Below are positions 30,278 through 40,417 of a stretch of DNA of 64,000 nt, one piece after another (the first letter of the stretch is position 1; every line of letters begins with the position of its first letter). Made by a program: the position numbers and the translations under genes. The stretch is from Alphaproteobacteria bacterium (lineage in GTDB: Bacteria; Pseudomonadota; Alphaproteobacteria; SHVV01). The stretch lies in contig OZ253470.1 of the NCBI GenBank assembly GCA_965261735.1, forward strand, positions 4,096,001 through 4,160,000. The letters run 5' to 3'. The notes below the pieces were generated by a model, which saw only the letters and a list, made by a program, of their open reading frames with translations, had not been told where the DNA came from and did no database searches.

Positions 30278-31063
30278 ATGGCGGCGGACCCCCTGGTCGC
30301 GGCCACCGGCGTTTCGGTCCGCGTCGGCGGGCGGGCAGTGCTGGATCGCGTCGACCTCGACGTCTCGCGCGGTGAAATCGTCACCCTGATCGGCCCCAAC
30401 GGCTCCGGCAAAACGACATTGGTCCGGGCGCTCCTCGGCCTCCTTGGGCCCGACGCCGGCACAGTCAGCCGCGCACCGCATCTGCGCATCGGCTACGTAC
30501 CGCAACACTTCAGCGTCGACAGTGCGCTACCCCTCACGGTCGGCCGTTTCCTGACGCTGTCGGCCAGGGCCAAACCTCGCCGCCTTGCCGAGGCGCTCGA
30601 CGATGTCGGTGCTCCGGGCCTGTTGGAGAGTCCCGTGGACGGCATATCGGGGGGCGAGCTGCGGCGCGTGCTGCTCGCCCGCGCGCTGCTCGCCGACCCC
30701 GATCTGCTCGTCCTCGATGAGCCGAGCGCCGGGGTCGACGTCGCCGGCCAAGTGGGCCTCTACGCACTCATCCGGGAGTTGCGCGAGAGGCGCCACTGCG
30801 CCGTGCTCCTGGTTTCACACGATCTGCATCTGGTCATGGCCGCGACCGACCGGGTCTTTTGCCTCAACCGTCACGTGTGCTGCACCGGCGCGCCCGAATC
30901 GGTGCGCCGCCATCCCGAGTTCATCGCGCTGTTTGGGCCCGAATGGGGCGAGCTCATGGCGCCGTATGCCCACCGCCACGATCATCACCACGCCCTGTCG
31001 GGCGAGCCGATACCGGAGGGCGGCGCGGGCGCCGCATCGACCGCCAACGCCGAGCCGTCGTAA
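30278..31063 (+). CDS. znuC: Zinc ABC transporter ATPase
   Basis: GPNGSGKT, GYVPQ, ISGGELRR, CLNRHVCC, His-rich tail. Confidence 0.92.
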   Translation: MAADPLVAATGVSVRVGGRAVLDRVDLDVSRGEIVTLIGPNGSGKTTLVRALLGLLGPDAGTVSRAPHLRIGYVPQHFSVDSALPLTVGRFLTLSARAKPRRLAEALDDVGAPGLLESPVDGISGGELRRVLLARALLADPDLLVLDEPSAGVDVAGQVGLYALIRELRERRHCAVLLVSHDLHLVMAATDRVFCLNRHVCCTGAPESVRRHPEFIALFGPEWGELMAPYAHRHDHHHALSGEPIPEGGAGAASTANAEPS

Positions 31064-31068
31064 GCGCC

Positions 31069-31872
31069 GTGCTCGACGATTTCGTCATACGCGCGCTCGT
31101 TGCCGGCGTTGGCGTCGCCTTTGTGGCGGGGCCCATGGGCTGCTTCCTGGTCTGGCGGCGTATGACCTTTTTCGGCGCCGCGTTGGCTCACTCGGTACTG
31201 CTCGGCATCGCCCTCGGCCTGCTCATGACGATCAACGTCAACCTTGCCGTGGCCGCGGTCTGCGGCCTCGTCGCGCTGATGCTCGTCGGGCTGGAACGCC
31301 GAGCGAGGCTGCCCACCGACACCCTTCTCGGCATCATCGCGCATTCGATGCTCGCGGTCGGCCTCGTCGCGATTTCGCTGATGGAGCCGGTACGCGTCGA
31401 TCTCGTCGCGCTCCTCTTCGGCGACATTCTTGCGGTCACGGCGGGCGATCTCGCGCTCATCTACGCCGGCGGGGCGGCGGTCGTCGTCGTCCTCCTCGCC
31501 ATCTGGCGGCCCCTGCTGTCACTGACCGTGCACGAGGAGCTGGCCCGCGTCGATGGCGTTGCGGTGGCGCGGACGAAGCTCCTGTTCACGCTGCTCATCG
31601 CAGTCACCATCGCGGTCGCGATGAAGCTTGTCGGCATCCTGCTCATCATCTCGATGCTGGTTGTTCCGGCGGCTGCGGCGCGGCGCGTGGCGGCCACACC
31701 GGAGGCGATGGCACTTATGGCCGCGGCCATCGGTTGCGCTGCCGTTGGTGGCGGTGTCGGCGCCTCGTTGGCCTGGGATACGCCCGCCGGACCCTCGATC
31801 GTCGTGGCGGCGACGGCGATGTTCGTGGCGGCGCTGATGGTACCGGCGCGGGGCGGCCCCGCTAGCCCTTGA
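31069..31872 (+). CDS. znuB: Zinc ABC transporter permease
   Basis: MLDDFVIRAL, GCFLVWRRM, LFGDIL, GPSIV. Confidence 0.92.
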   Translation: MLDDFVIRALVAGVGVAFVAGPMGCFLVWRRMTFFGAALAHSVLLGIALGLLMTINVNLAVAAVCGLVALMLVGLERRARLPTDTLLGIIAHSMLAVGLVAISLMEPVRVDLVALLFGDILAVTAGDLALIYAGGAAVVVVLLAIWRPLLSLTVHEELARVDGVAVARTKLLFTLLIAVTIAVAMKLVGILLIISMLVVPAAAARRVAATPEAMALMAAAIGCAAVGGGVGASLAWDTPAGPSIVVAATAMFVAALMVPARGGPASP

Positions 31873-33281
31873 CGCAAACGAGCGGCACCACCTTGGCTAC
31901 CTTGCGCGCGAGCCCAGCCGCGGCGGTGACATCGACCACGGCGCTTACGTCCTTATAGGCGCCGGGAGCCTCCTCGGCGACGCCGCGTTGGCTCGGGCTG
32001 CGAATCAGGATTCCGCGCTCGGCGAGTTCGTCGACGAGATGCCGGCCGCTCCAGGTTTTCTTGGCCTGATGGCGGCTCATGCGCCGCCCCGCGCCGTGGC
32101 ACGCGGAGCCGAACGCGGCCTCGGCCACCTCCGCGGGGCCGGCGAGGACGTAGGACGCCGTGCCTATGCTGCCGCCGATCAGTACCGGCTGGCCCGCCCG
32201 GCGCAGGGAGTCGGGGATATCGGGGTGGCCCGGAGCGAGGGCCCGTGTCGCGCCCTTGCGGTGAACGAAGAGCTTCCTCGCGTCGCCGTCGACGACGTGT
32301 TCCTCAACCTTGCAGGTGTTGTGGGACACGTCGTAGAGCAGGCTCAGGCGCGCCTGCGGCAGCAGCCGGGCGAACACCTCGCGCATGAGATGCGTAATGA
32401 TCTGGCGGTTGGCGAGGGCACAGTTGATGGCCGCGCGCATGGCGCCGAGGTAACTCTGGCCGACGTCCGAATCGATTCGGCGCGCAGGCGAGCTCCCGGT
32501 CCGGCAGGGCGATGCCGAACTGGCCGGCGCTAGCCGCCATCGAGCGCAAGTACTCGGTGCCGATCTGATGGCCGAGCCCGCGCGAGCCGCAATGGATGCT
32601 GATCACCAGGTCGCCGGCCGCGAGACCGAAGGCGCGGGCCGCTTCCGCGTCGTAGATCTCGGCGATTTCCTGAAGCTCGAGATAGTGGTTGCCCGAGCCT
32701 AGCGTTCCCATCTCCCGGCGCTGGCGCGCACGATCGGAGACGCGGTCGGACCGGGCCCCGGCGATACAACCCTGTTCCTCGATGCGCTCGAGGTCGCCGG
32801 TCTCGCCCCAGCCGCGCTCGACGGCCCAGCGCGCGCCGCCCTCGAGCATGGCGTCCATGGCGTCGTTATCGAGGGTGATGGCGCCGGTGCTGCCCACGCC
32901 GGCTGGGATGTGCGCGAACAGGCCGTCGGCGAGAGCCACCTTGCACGACTCGATGTCGGCGGCCCTCAGACCCGTGTGCAGGGTGCGCACTCCACAGGAG
33001 ATGTCGAAACCGACACCGCCAGCCGAGATCACCCCGCCTTCGGCCGGGTCGAAGGCGCCGACGCCACCGATCGGGAAGCCATAGCCCCAATGCGCGTCCG
33101 GCATGGCGTAGGCGGCCTGGACGATCCCCGGCAGGGTCGCGACATTGGTCAGTTGCTCGAATACGCGATCGTCCATGTCGCGCAGGAGCTCGGCCGAGGC
33201 GAACACCACCGCCGGCACGCGCATGTTGCCGAAGGGCTCGACCTCCCACTCGTGGGTGCTGGGCTCGTCTCCCCGCGCCAC
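31862..33281 (-). pseudogene. rtcB: RtcB RNA ligase with a +1 frameshift at about 32476-32477
   Basis: MPDAH, DISCG, GSGNHY and HCGSRG in one frame; HN, HRKGAT, HGAGR and EEAPGAYK in the next; removing one base gives ELACAPIDSDVGQSYLGAMRAAIN. Confidence 0.85.
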
Positions 33282-33289
33282 TGGTACCG

Positions 33290-33532
33290 CTAGCGCTCTT
33301 CGTCCGAGTTTTCCTCGTCGGCCTTCAAGATCTCGTAGACCTGGACGACCGCACCCGCCAGCGGTCGCTCGAGATCGGCGCCGAGGTAGTCCTCCTCGGT
33401 CAACCACGTCCACGCCTCGACGAGCTCTGCCAGCGTGGCCCCGGTTTCGACGATGGCTGCGATGCGGCTATCCTTCAAATCGCCCGTCACCGAGATCACC
33501 TCATCATGCGTCAGCCGCACCGCGCTATTCAT
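33290..33532 (-). CDS. Small acidic hypothetical protein (80 aa) between archease and rtcB
   Basis: GGAGG RBS, operon position, GDLKDSRIAAIVETGAT. Confidence 0.75.
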   Translation of the reverse strand: MNSAVRLTHDEVISVTGDLKDSRIAAIVETGATLAELVEAWTWLTEEDYLGADLERPLAGAVVQVYEILKADEENSDEER

Positions 33533-33556
33533 GCCCTACCTCCCTGTCCCCTTGTG

Positions 33557-33974
33557 TCAGACGTCGACCACACATTGCGCGATCCACTGGCCCTCAGCCA
33601 TCCCTATGGACGCTCAGCGCCGTATATGTTGCCCCCTTGGGCTCCACCGCCGGCCGGTGGCGGGCAACGTCAATCGCTTCGCCCCAGGCCGTCGCCACGA
33701 GCTCGCTGCCGTCGATGGCGACGTCGAAACGGGAGAACAGCATGTTTCGCGTGGCCATTTCGTAGATCACGGCATTCAACCAATCCGCGAGTAGGAGCTC
33801 GGCATCGGGGTTGTCGCATGCGATCTCCACCGGAGATGACGGCGCCACCGATTCGAGCTCGGTCACCACGGCGGTGAGCGCGCGCGCGGATTCTGCGAAG
33901 GCCGACGCCTGCGAGTCACCGATGCCGCGAACGCCGATGTCGGCGCCGTGCGGAAAGTGCTCCCATCGGGCCAT
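33557..33974 (-). pseudogene. Archease with a +1 frameshift at about 33602-33604
   Basis: [11 protein letters not shown] and KGATY; the conserved end WIAQCVVDV* is in another frame and is restored by deleting one G of AGGGAT. Confidence 0.82.
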
Positions 33975-34022
33975 CTCGCCTCCGCGTCACCGCACGGTAG
34001 GAGCGACGCCCTCGGCGGGTCG

Positions 34023-34036
34023 TTGATTTGGATCAA
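34023..34036. promoter_or_regulatory. FNR/FixK box driving the archease-rtcB operon
   Basis: Perfect TTGAT-TTGG-ATCAA; minus-strand -10-like TACCGT at 33994-33999 gives class II (about -42) spacing; GGAGG RBS follows. Confidence 0.85.
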
Positions 34037-34046
34037 CCGGCATCGC

Positions 34047-34682
34047 CTACTCGCCCGGCACGCCAGGATGCTTGTAGTAGTGCCACAGAAAACGCGCCGC
34101 GGCGCTGCGATGCGGTCGCCAGGGCTCACCCGAAGCCCGCAGCTCTTCGCGCGTGGGCATGCTCGGAAGCCGCTTGAGCCGCTGCAGCGCCTTGCGTATC
34201 GCGAGGTCGTCCGCGGGCCAGATATCGCGCCGGCCGAGCGCGAACAAGAGATAGATCTCGGCGCTCCAGCGGCCGATCCCTTTGGCCCGCACGAGGTGGG
34301 CGATTGCCGCCTCGTCGTCCATGGTGGCAGCCGCGTCGAGGTCGAGGCGGCCCGCCACCAGGTCTTCCGCCAGCGCCATGCCGTACGACATCTTTTGACG
34401 GCTGAGGCCAATCGCCCGCAGCGCGGCGGCGTCGAGGCCGAGGAAGGCCTCGGGCGTGAGCGGGGTTGCCGCGAGCCGCAGGCGGTCGATGATCGCGCGT
34501 GCCGAGGCGGCCGAGACCTGCTGCGCGGCGATGATCCGCATCAGGCCGGCGAAGCCGGGCTCCTGGTGCCGGACGGGTGGCACCCCGCAGGCACTGAATG
34601 CGCTCGCCAAATCGTCGTCGCGGGCCGCGAGCACCTCCAGCGCCGGTCTGAGCGCCTCGTCACATGGCGGCCGCGTGGTCAT
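34047..34682 (-). CDS. DNA-3-methyladenine glycosylase II (AlkA-like HhH-GPD)
   Basis: IAAQQVS, GLSRQK, KGIGRWSAE, WPADD, WRPHRS. Confidence 0.9.
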   Translation of the reverse strand: MTTRPPCDEALRPALEVLAARDDDLASAFSACGVPPVRHQEPGFAGLMRIIAAQQVSAASARAIIDRLRLAATPLTPEAFLGLDAAALRAIGLSRQKMSYGMALAEDLVAGRLDLDAAATMDDEAAIAHLVRAKGIGRWSAEIYLLFALGRRDIWPADDLAIRKALQRLKRLPSMPTREELRASGEPWRPHRSAAARFLWHYYKHPGVPGE

Positions 34683-34795
34683 CACCCTGCCACTCTCGCA
34701 CACGCCGTCATCAGCCCTCCCACGCACCTTGATCAATGATGGGGAAGCGGCGATGATGCGGCAAGCCCCGCGGGGGCAGGGAAAGGGAGGAGCAG

Positions 34796-35494
34796 ATGGG
34801 CCTTACCGTCGACGAAACGCTGTCGCGGATCGACGAGATTCACGCCAAGAAGAAGTTCTGGGAGCACCCCATGTGGAAGGGGCTCCTGGACGGCTCGCAC
34901 GATCTGCCCAAGGTCAGGGAGTTCGCGCGCCAGCACGGCATCATCCCGTTGCACAACCACAACTATCACGGCCGGCTCTACGTCGTGTGCCCGGACCCCA
35001 AATGGCGCGAGATGATCGCCGAGGTGGTTTACGAGGAGGGCACCGGCGAGCTGTACGCCAGCGGCGTTCCCCACAACGACCTCTACTACAACTTCGGCGA
35101 GGGGCTGGGCATCAGCCGCGACGAGATGTGGAACACCGACTACTGCGCGGGCGCGCTCGGTTTCAAGGCCTACTTCTCGTACATGTGTGGCAAGAACTTT
35201 CTCGAAGGCGTGGCCGCCCACATGCTGGCGGGCGAGGCGCAAGGGCCAGGCTACTTCGGCACGATCGCGGAGAACTTCAAGAGCAGCTTCGGGCTCGACG
35301 ACAAGGGGGTGGCGTTCTGGACCGTCCACGACGTCGCCGACGAGGATCATTCTGGTATCGGCCGCCAGCTCCTCGACCGCTTCGCCACGACCGAGAAGGA
35401 CCTGGAGACCGTGCTGCACGTCGTTCAGGAAACCGTCGACGTCATGCAGTTGATGGAGGACGACGTCTGGAGCTGCATGCGGAAAGCCAGTTAG
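34796..35494 (+). CDS. Heme-oxygenase-like diiron enzyme (TenA/PqqC/CADD superfamily)
   Basis: EEG...H, E, and FWTVHDVADEDH ligand pattern; strong GGAGGAG RBS. Confidence 0.8.
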   Translation: MGLTVDETLSRIDEIHAKKKFWEHPMWKGLLDGSHDLPKVREFARQHGIIPLHNHNYHGRLYVVCPDPKWREMIAEVVYEEGTGELYASGVPHNDLYYNFGEGLGISRDEMWNTDYCAGALGFKAYFSYMCGKNFLEGVAAHMLAGEAQGPGYFGTIAENFKSSFGLDDKGVAFWTVHDVADEDHSGIGRQLLDRFATTEKDLETVLHVVQETVDVMQLMEDDVWSCMRKAS

Positions 35495-35616
35495 GCGCGG
35501 CCGACGCTTTCGCGCTGGGGGCCGCTGGTGGCGGTGGGCAGGCCCGGGCACGCCCGGCCTGAGGCAACGTTCCACCGCGCAGTCGTTGCGCGCCGCCGGA
35601 TGTTCGGGAGGCAGCC

Positions 35617-36891
35617 ATGAAACCGCCCAATGAGCTGAGTGCGCTCGAGGCGGCGGACGCGCTGGCGGCGGGCACCCTCACCAGCGAGCAACTCATGGCC
35701 GCGTGCCTAGAGCGCGTGGCCGCCCGCGACGCCGAGATCGGCGCCTGGATTCACCTCGATCCCGAGCAGGCGCTGGCTGCTGCGCGTGCCCGCGACCGTG
35801 CGCCGCGGCAGGGCCCGCTGCACGGCCTTCCCGTCGGCATCAAGGACATCATCGACACGGCCGACATGCCGACCGCCTACGGCACGCCCATCTACGAGGG
35901 CAACCGGCCGGCGTGGGATGCCGCCTGCGTGGCCCTCGTCCGCGCCGCCGGCGGCGTGGTCATGGGCAAGACCGTGACCACCGAGTTCGCCGGGCACCAT
36001 CCCGGCAAGACCGCCAATCCGCACAACACCGCCCATACGCCGGGGGGCTCATCGAGCGGCTCCGCGGCGGCGGTCGCGGACTTCATGGTGCCGCTCGCGT
36101 TCGGCACTCAAACCGGCGGGTCGGTCATTCGACCGGCTTCATTTTCCGGGGTCGTCGGCTACAAGGCTACGCACGGCGCGCTCAGCCTCGCCGGCGTGAA
36201 GTGGTTCGCGCCCTCGCTCGACAGCCTCGGCGTGATGGCCCGCTCGGTCGCCGACGCCGCGTTGATGCGGGCGGCGCTGGCGGGCGCGCCGGCCACGCTT
36301 GCGTCACTCGAGCGGCCGCCCGCCATCGGCCTGTGCCGGACGCCGCAGTGGGAGCAGGCGGACGCAGCGACCCAGTCGGCCGTCGAGAATTCCGCGCGCA
36401 ACCTCGCCCGCACCGGCGCCGAGGTGCGCGACGTCGAACTCCCGGACCTGTTCGCCGAGTTGATCGAGGTCCACGCGAGCGTGATGACTTACGAGTCGGC
36501 GCGCTCCTTCGCCCACGAGTACCGCGTCCATGGCGGCGCCCTGAGCGAGAACCTGACGCAGGTAATCGAAATGGGGCACCGTACCTCCCTCGCCGAGTAC
36601 GCCGCGGCGCTGGAGCAGGCGGAGCGCGGCCGCCGCGCGCTGGTCGACGTAATGACGGGGCTCGACGTCCTGCTCGTCCCCGCGGCGCCCGGCGAAGCGC
36701 CGCTCGGGCTCGAATTCACCGGCGATCCCCTGTTCAACCGCATCTGGACGCTGTTGCACGTGCCGGCGGTCGCTCTGCCCGGCCATACCGGCCCCAACGG
36801 CTTGCCCGTCGGCATACAGGTCGTGGGCCCGGTAGGCGGCGACGACCGGATGCTGGCCGTGGCCGCGTGGATGGAATCGCGAATACTCTGA
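35617..36891 (+). CDS. Amidase signature family enzyme
   Basis: GIKD, PGGSSSGSAAAVA, GTQTGGSVIRPA. Confidence 0.92.
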   Translation: MKPPNELSALEAADALAAGTLTSEQLMAACLERVAARDAEIGAWIHLDPEQALAAARARDRAPRQGPLHGLPVGIKDIIDTADMPTAYGTPIYEGNRPAWDAACVALVRAAGGVVMGKTVTTEFAGHHPGKTANPHNTAHTPGGSSSGSAAAVADFMVPLAFGTQTGGSVIRPASFSGVVGYKATHGALSLAGVKWFAPSLDSLGVMARSVADAALMRAALAGAPATLASLERPPAIGLCRTPQWEQADAATQSAVENSARNLARTGAEVRDVELPDLFAELIEVHASVMTYESARSFAHEYRVHGGALSENLTQVIEMGHRTSLAEYAAALEQAERGRRALVDVMTGLDVLLVPAAPGEAPLGLEFTGDPLFNRIWTLLHVPAVALPGHTGPNGLPVGIQVVGPVGGDDRMLAVAAWMESRIL

Positions 36892-36900
36892 CGCGTGGTC

Positions 36901-38307
36901 TCAGGCCGGCAGCGGAGGCCGGCGCTCGTACAGCGGGTTGGCCGCTTCGTACGCGCGGGCCGCCCTGAGCACCGCCGCATCGGCGTACTTGGCGCCGACG
37001 ATGTGCAACCCCACCGGCAGCCCGTCATCGGTGAAACCGCACGGCACGCTAATCGCCGGCTGGTGCGACAGGTTGAACGGGCTGCAGAACGGCGCAAAGG
37101 CACGCGGATCCTCGCCCTCGAACGCCTCGGGGTACCAACGATCGGCGGCAAAGGCGGGCACCGACACAGTCGGGGTCAGCAGCAGATCGTAGGTCTGATG
37201 GAAGCGTTGCATGTGGTGGCCGAGGGCGGCGCGGGCGTCGTCCGCGGTCAACAGGTCGGCGACGGACAGGCCCACGCCCTTTTCGGCCGCGTCGCGAACG
37301 TTGGGGCCGAGCAATTCCCTCTGTTCGGGCGTGAACTGGCGCACGCGGTATGCGCTGCGGCTGTACAGGTAGGTTTGAAGGACCCATAGCGGCGGCTCGA
37401 AACCGGGATCGGCTTCCTCCACCGTTGCGCCGAGGTCGGCAAAGACCCGCGCCGCCTTGGCGACGAGCTCGTGAACCTCCGGCTCGATGCCCTTGGCGTA
37501 GCCGAGCGCCGGGCTGTAGGCCACGCGCAGTCCGGCCACGCCGCCCTCGAGCCCGGCACTGTAGTCGACCCCGTCGCGCGGCAGCGCCAGCCAGTCGCGC
37601 CAATCCGCCTCGCACATCACCGTCATCATCAGCGCCGTATCGGCCACGGTCCTCGTCAACGCGCCGTAGCAGGCGATGGTGGCGACTCCCGCCGGCGGCC
37701 ATGCGGGTACGCGCATGTTGGTGGCTTTCATGCCGACGAGGCCGGTGAAAGCGGCCGGAATGCGGATCGAGCCGCCGCCGTCGCTGCCGAGCCCCACGTG
37801 GCCCATGCCCGCGGCCACCGCCGCCGATGCGCCGCCGCTCGAGCCACCCGACGTCTTGTCGAGATTCCAGGGGTTACGTGTGATCCCGGTAAGCGGGCTA
37901 TTGGTTGCCGGGCCGAGCGCGAACTCGGGCGATGTCGTCTTGCCCAGAATGACGGCTCCGTAGGCGCGCGCGCTCGCCGTCGTCGATGAGTCCTCGGCGG
38001 CCGGCGCGGGGTCCGACGTCTTCGAGCCAAAGCGGGTAGGCATGCCGGCGACGTGATGCGTGTCCTTGACCGACAGCGGGACGCCGTCGATCAGCCCTTG
38101 CGGCTCGCCCTTGGCCCAGCGCGCCTCCGACGCCCGCGCCGAGGCCATGGCGCCGTCCTCGTCGAGGTGGCAGAAAGCGTTGACGCGGCCGTCATAGGCG
38201 GCGATGCGCTCGAATGCGGCGCGCGTGGCATCGACCGGCGACAGGCTTTTGTTTCGGAAAGCCTCCACCAGCTCGGTGAGGGGCATGTAGGCGATATCGT
38301 CGGGCAT
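36901..38307 (-). CDS. Amidase signature family enzyme
   Basis: SVKD, SGGSSGGASAAVA, GSDGGGSIRIPA. Confidence 0.92.
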   Translation of the reverse strand: MPDDIAYMPLTELVEAFRNKSLSPVDATRAAFERIAAYDGRVNAFCHLDEDGAMASARASEARWAKGEPQGLIDGVPLSVKDTHHVAGMPTRFGSKTSDPAPAAEDSSTTASARAYGAVILGKTTSPEFALGPATNSPLTGITRNPWNLDKTSGGSSGGASAAVAAGMGHVGLGSDGGGSIRIPAAFTGLVGMKATNMRVPAWPPAGVATIACYGALTRTVADTALMMTVMCEADWRDWLALPRDGVDYSAGLEGGVAGLRVAYSPALGYAKGIEPEVHELVAKAARVFADLGATVEEADPGFEPPLWVLQTYLYSRSAYRVRQFTPEQRELLGPNVRDAAEKGVGLSVADLLTADDARAALGHHMQRFHQTYDLLLTPTVSVPAFAADRWYPEAFEGEDPRAFAPFCSPFNLSHQPAISVPCGFTDDGLPVGLHIVGAKYADAAVLRAARAYEAANPLYERRPPLPA

Positions 38308-38417
38308 GGCGATTCCATTCGCTGGCGAGGAGCACGGGGGCCAGTATTGCGTCACCGGGTGCAGCCGATCAATGTCCTTTCGCGCCCCGACATCGCGATC
38401 CGCGGAGCGCCCGTCGG

Positions 38418-39395
38418 GTGGGCTTGCGCCGCCAGTCGGCGCGGGTTGTAATCGGGATTCACACTAGCGAAAGGAGCTCCGCCTTGCGCCGACCGGCGAT
38501 CATCTCGGTGTGGCTACTCGCCTTCATGGTGCTGAGCGTCGGCGCTTGGGCCGCGGAAGAGCCCGTCGATCTCGAACTCGTTCTCGCCGTCGACGTCTCC
38601 GGCAGCATGGATTTCGAGGAGGCGAAACTGCAGCGCGAGGGCTATGTCGCCGCCCTTGCCCACCCCAAGGTCATCGACGCGATTACCCACGGCCCGCTCG
38701 GGCATATCGCGGTCATCTACGTGGAATGGGCCGGGTTTCAGCACAAGAACATCGCCGTCGATTGGACCCTGATCGGCGACGAGACAAGCGCGCGTACGTT
38801 TTCGCAGGCACTATCAGAGGCGCCCTTGACGAGAGGGCGGCTGACCTCGATCAGCGGCGCCATCGAGTTCGCCATGCCGCTGTTCGACGACAACAGCTTC
38901 GATGGTACCCGCCGCGTGATCGACATATCGGGCGATGGTCCCAACAATAACGGGACGCTGGTGGTTCCCGCCCGTGATCGGGCGGCGGCGAGGCGCGTCA
39001 CGGTCAACGGGCTGCCGATCGTCAACGGTCGGCTCGATCCGTTCGGCCGGCGCCAGCTCCCCGATCTCGACCTCTACTACGTTCACTGCGTCATCGGCGG
39101 GCCCGGCGCCTTCGTCGTCGTCGCCGAGGACTTCACCTCGTTCGCCGCGGCCATCTTGAAAAAGCTGATCCTAGAGATCGCCGGGATGACACCGCCTCCG
39201 GCCGAGCGCCCTGCGGCAACGCCCGTTCGTCACGTATCCTGGCTACAGGGCGCCGAGAGGTCCTGGGGCGCCGCTCGCTATTCCCCAATCGGGCCCGGCA
39301 TTCACCCTGTGTCCGAGGGCTACGCGCCGGGGTGCGACGTCGGCGAGCGCCGCTTCCGCCAGTACTTCCAGAACCGGTTCGATATGCCGTTCTGA
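38418..39395 (+). CDS. DUF1194 (vWA-like) exported protein; start approximate
   Basis: LVLAVDVSGS MIDAS motif, IDISGDG, VIGGPGAF. Confidence 0.85.
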   Translation: MGLRRQSARVVIGIHTSERSSALRRPAIISVWLLAFMVLSVGAWAAEEPVDLELVLAVDVSGSMDFEEAKLQREGYVAALAHPKVIDAITHGPLGHIAVIYVEWAGFQHKNIAVDWTLIGDETSARTFSQALSEAPLTRGRLTSISGAIEFAMPLFDDNSFDGTRRVIDISGDGPNNNGTLVVPARDRAAARRVTVNGLPIVNGRLDPFGRRQLPDLDLYYVHCVIGGPGAFVVVAEDFTSFAAAILKKLILEIAGMTPPPAERPAATPVRHVSWLQGAERSWGAARYSPIGPGIHPVSEGYAPGCDVGERRFRQYFQNRFDMPF

Positions 39396-39431
39396 GGGCG
39401 GCTCGGCCCGGCCGGCCAAGCGAACCTCGGG

Positions 39432-40307
39432 TCAGGCGATGATCACCTCGTCGCCCTTGATTTGCGTGCGATGCATCAGGCGCCGGTCGGCGGCATCGAA
39501 GGGGTCGCGCCGGTGCATGACGGACAGGTTGTTCCAAATTAGCACGTCGCCGACGCGCCATTCGTGGCTCATGGCGAAGCGAAGGTCACCGGCGTGCGAC
39601 CAGAGCTCGTCGAGGAGGGCCTCGCTCTCGCTCACTTCCATGCCAACGATGTACCCATGCGCCCGCCGGCCGAGGAAGAGCGCCCGGCGGCCGGTACGAG
39701 GGTTCGTGCGCACGAGCGGGTGACGGGCGCCCGGCGTGTCGCGGACATCGGTGATCTCGCCATAGCCCATGCGCCGCATGCCGGCGCTGTTGTGCGCCGC
39801 ATCGTGAATCGCATGGCGACCCTCGATCGCACGTTTCAGGCGCACAGGGAGCGCCTCGTAAGCCGCGTACATGTTTGCGAAGTAGGTGTTGCCGCCGGCG
39901 GCCGGTACCTGCAGGGCATAAAGGATGGCCGCCTTCGGGGGTACGTCGATGTAGGTCATGTCGGCGTGCCACACGGCTTCGCCGGCGCCGAGATTGCCCA
40001 CCGGCCTGCCGCCCTCGACGACGTTGGAGATGACGTTGATCTGGAGAAAGTCGGGAAGGAATGGCTCGCCATAGGGATTGGGCCCGGGCAGGTCGAGTTC
40101 GCCGAAGTTCTCGCTGAAGGCGATAAGCTCGGGGTCGCTCAGACGCTGTTCGCGCACGACCAGGACGAGATGGTCGTGCCAGGCCTCGTGGATCACGGCC
40201 AACGCGCTCGCACCTAGCGGCTTCGACAGATCGGCGCCCTTGATTTCGGCGCCCAGAGGCCGGCCGTTCGGGATGACCGCAATGGCCTCATGGCTTGTTC
40301 GTGTCAC
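39432..40307 (-). CDS. TauD/TfdA Fe(II)/2-oxoglutarate dioxygenase
   Basis: WHADMTY, HPLVRT, WNNLSVMHRR. Confidence 0.92.
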   Translation of the reverse strand: MTRTSHEAIAVIPNGRPLGAEIKGADLSKPLGASALAVIHEAWHDHLVLVVREQRLSDPELIAFSENFGELDLPGPNPYGEPFLPDFLQINVISNVVEGGRPVGNLGAGEAVWHADMTYIDVPPKAAILYALQVPAAGGNTYFANMYAAYEALPVRLKRAIEGRHAIHDAAHNSAGMRRMGYGEITDVRDTPGARHPLVRTNPRTGRRALFLGRRAHGYIVGMEVSESEALLDELWSHAGDLRFAMSHEWRVGDVLIWNNLSVMHRRDPFDAADRRLMHRTQIKGDEVIIA

Positions 40308-40343
40308 TGGGGCCCCTGGTGCATCGCGACGGCGCCCCGCATC

Positions 40344-40357
40344 CTAATCCAGATCAA
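40344..40357. promoter_or_regulatory. Degenerate FNR/FixK-like box
   Basis: CTAAT-CCAG-ATCAA (one perfect half-site). Confidence 0.3.
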
Positions 40358-40417
40358 GGCTAGGTGCACCGCGCCCGTCCTATTAGTGGTCAGGAGGAGA
40401 TAGGAACAGGCGGTATC

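Noticed and set aside
29617-30489. 603-aa version of znuA
   Set aside because: The extension runs antisense through the Zur box, zur and znuC
34729-34736. TTGATCAA as another FNR box
   Set aside because: The half-sites overlap with no 4-bp spacer
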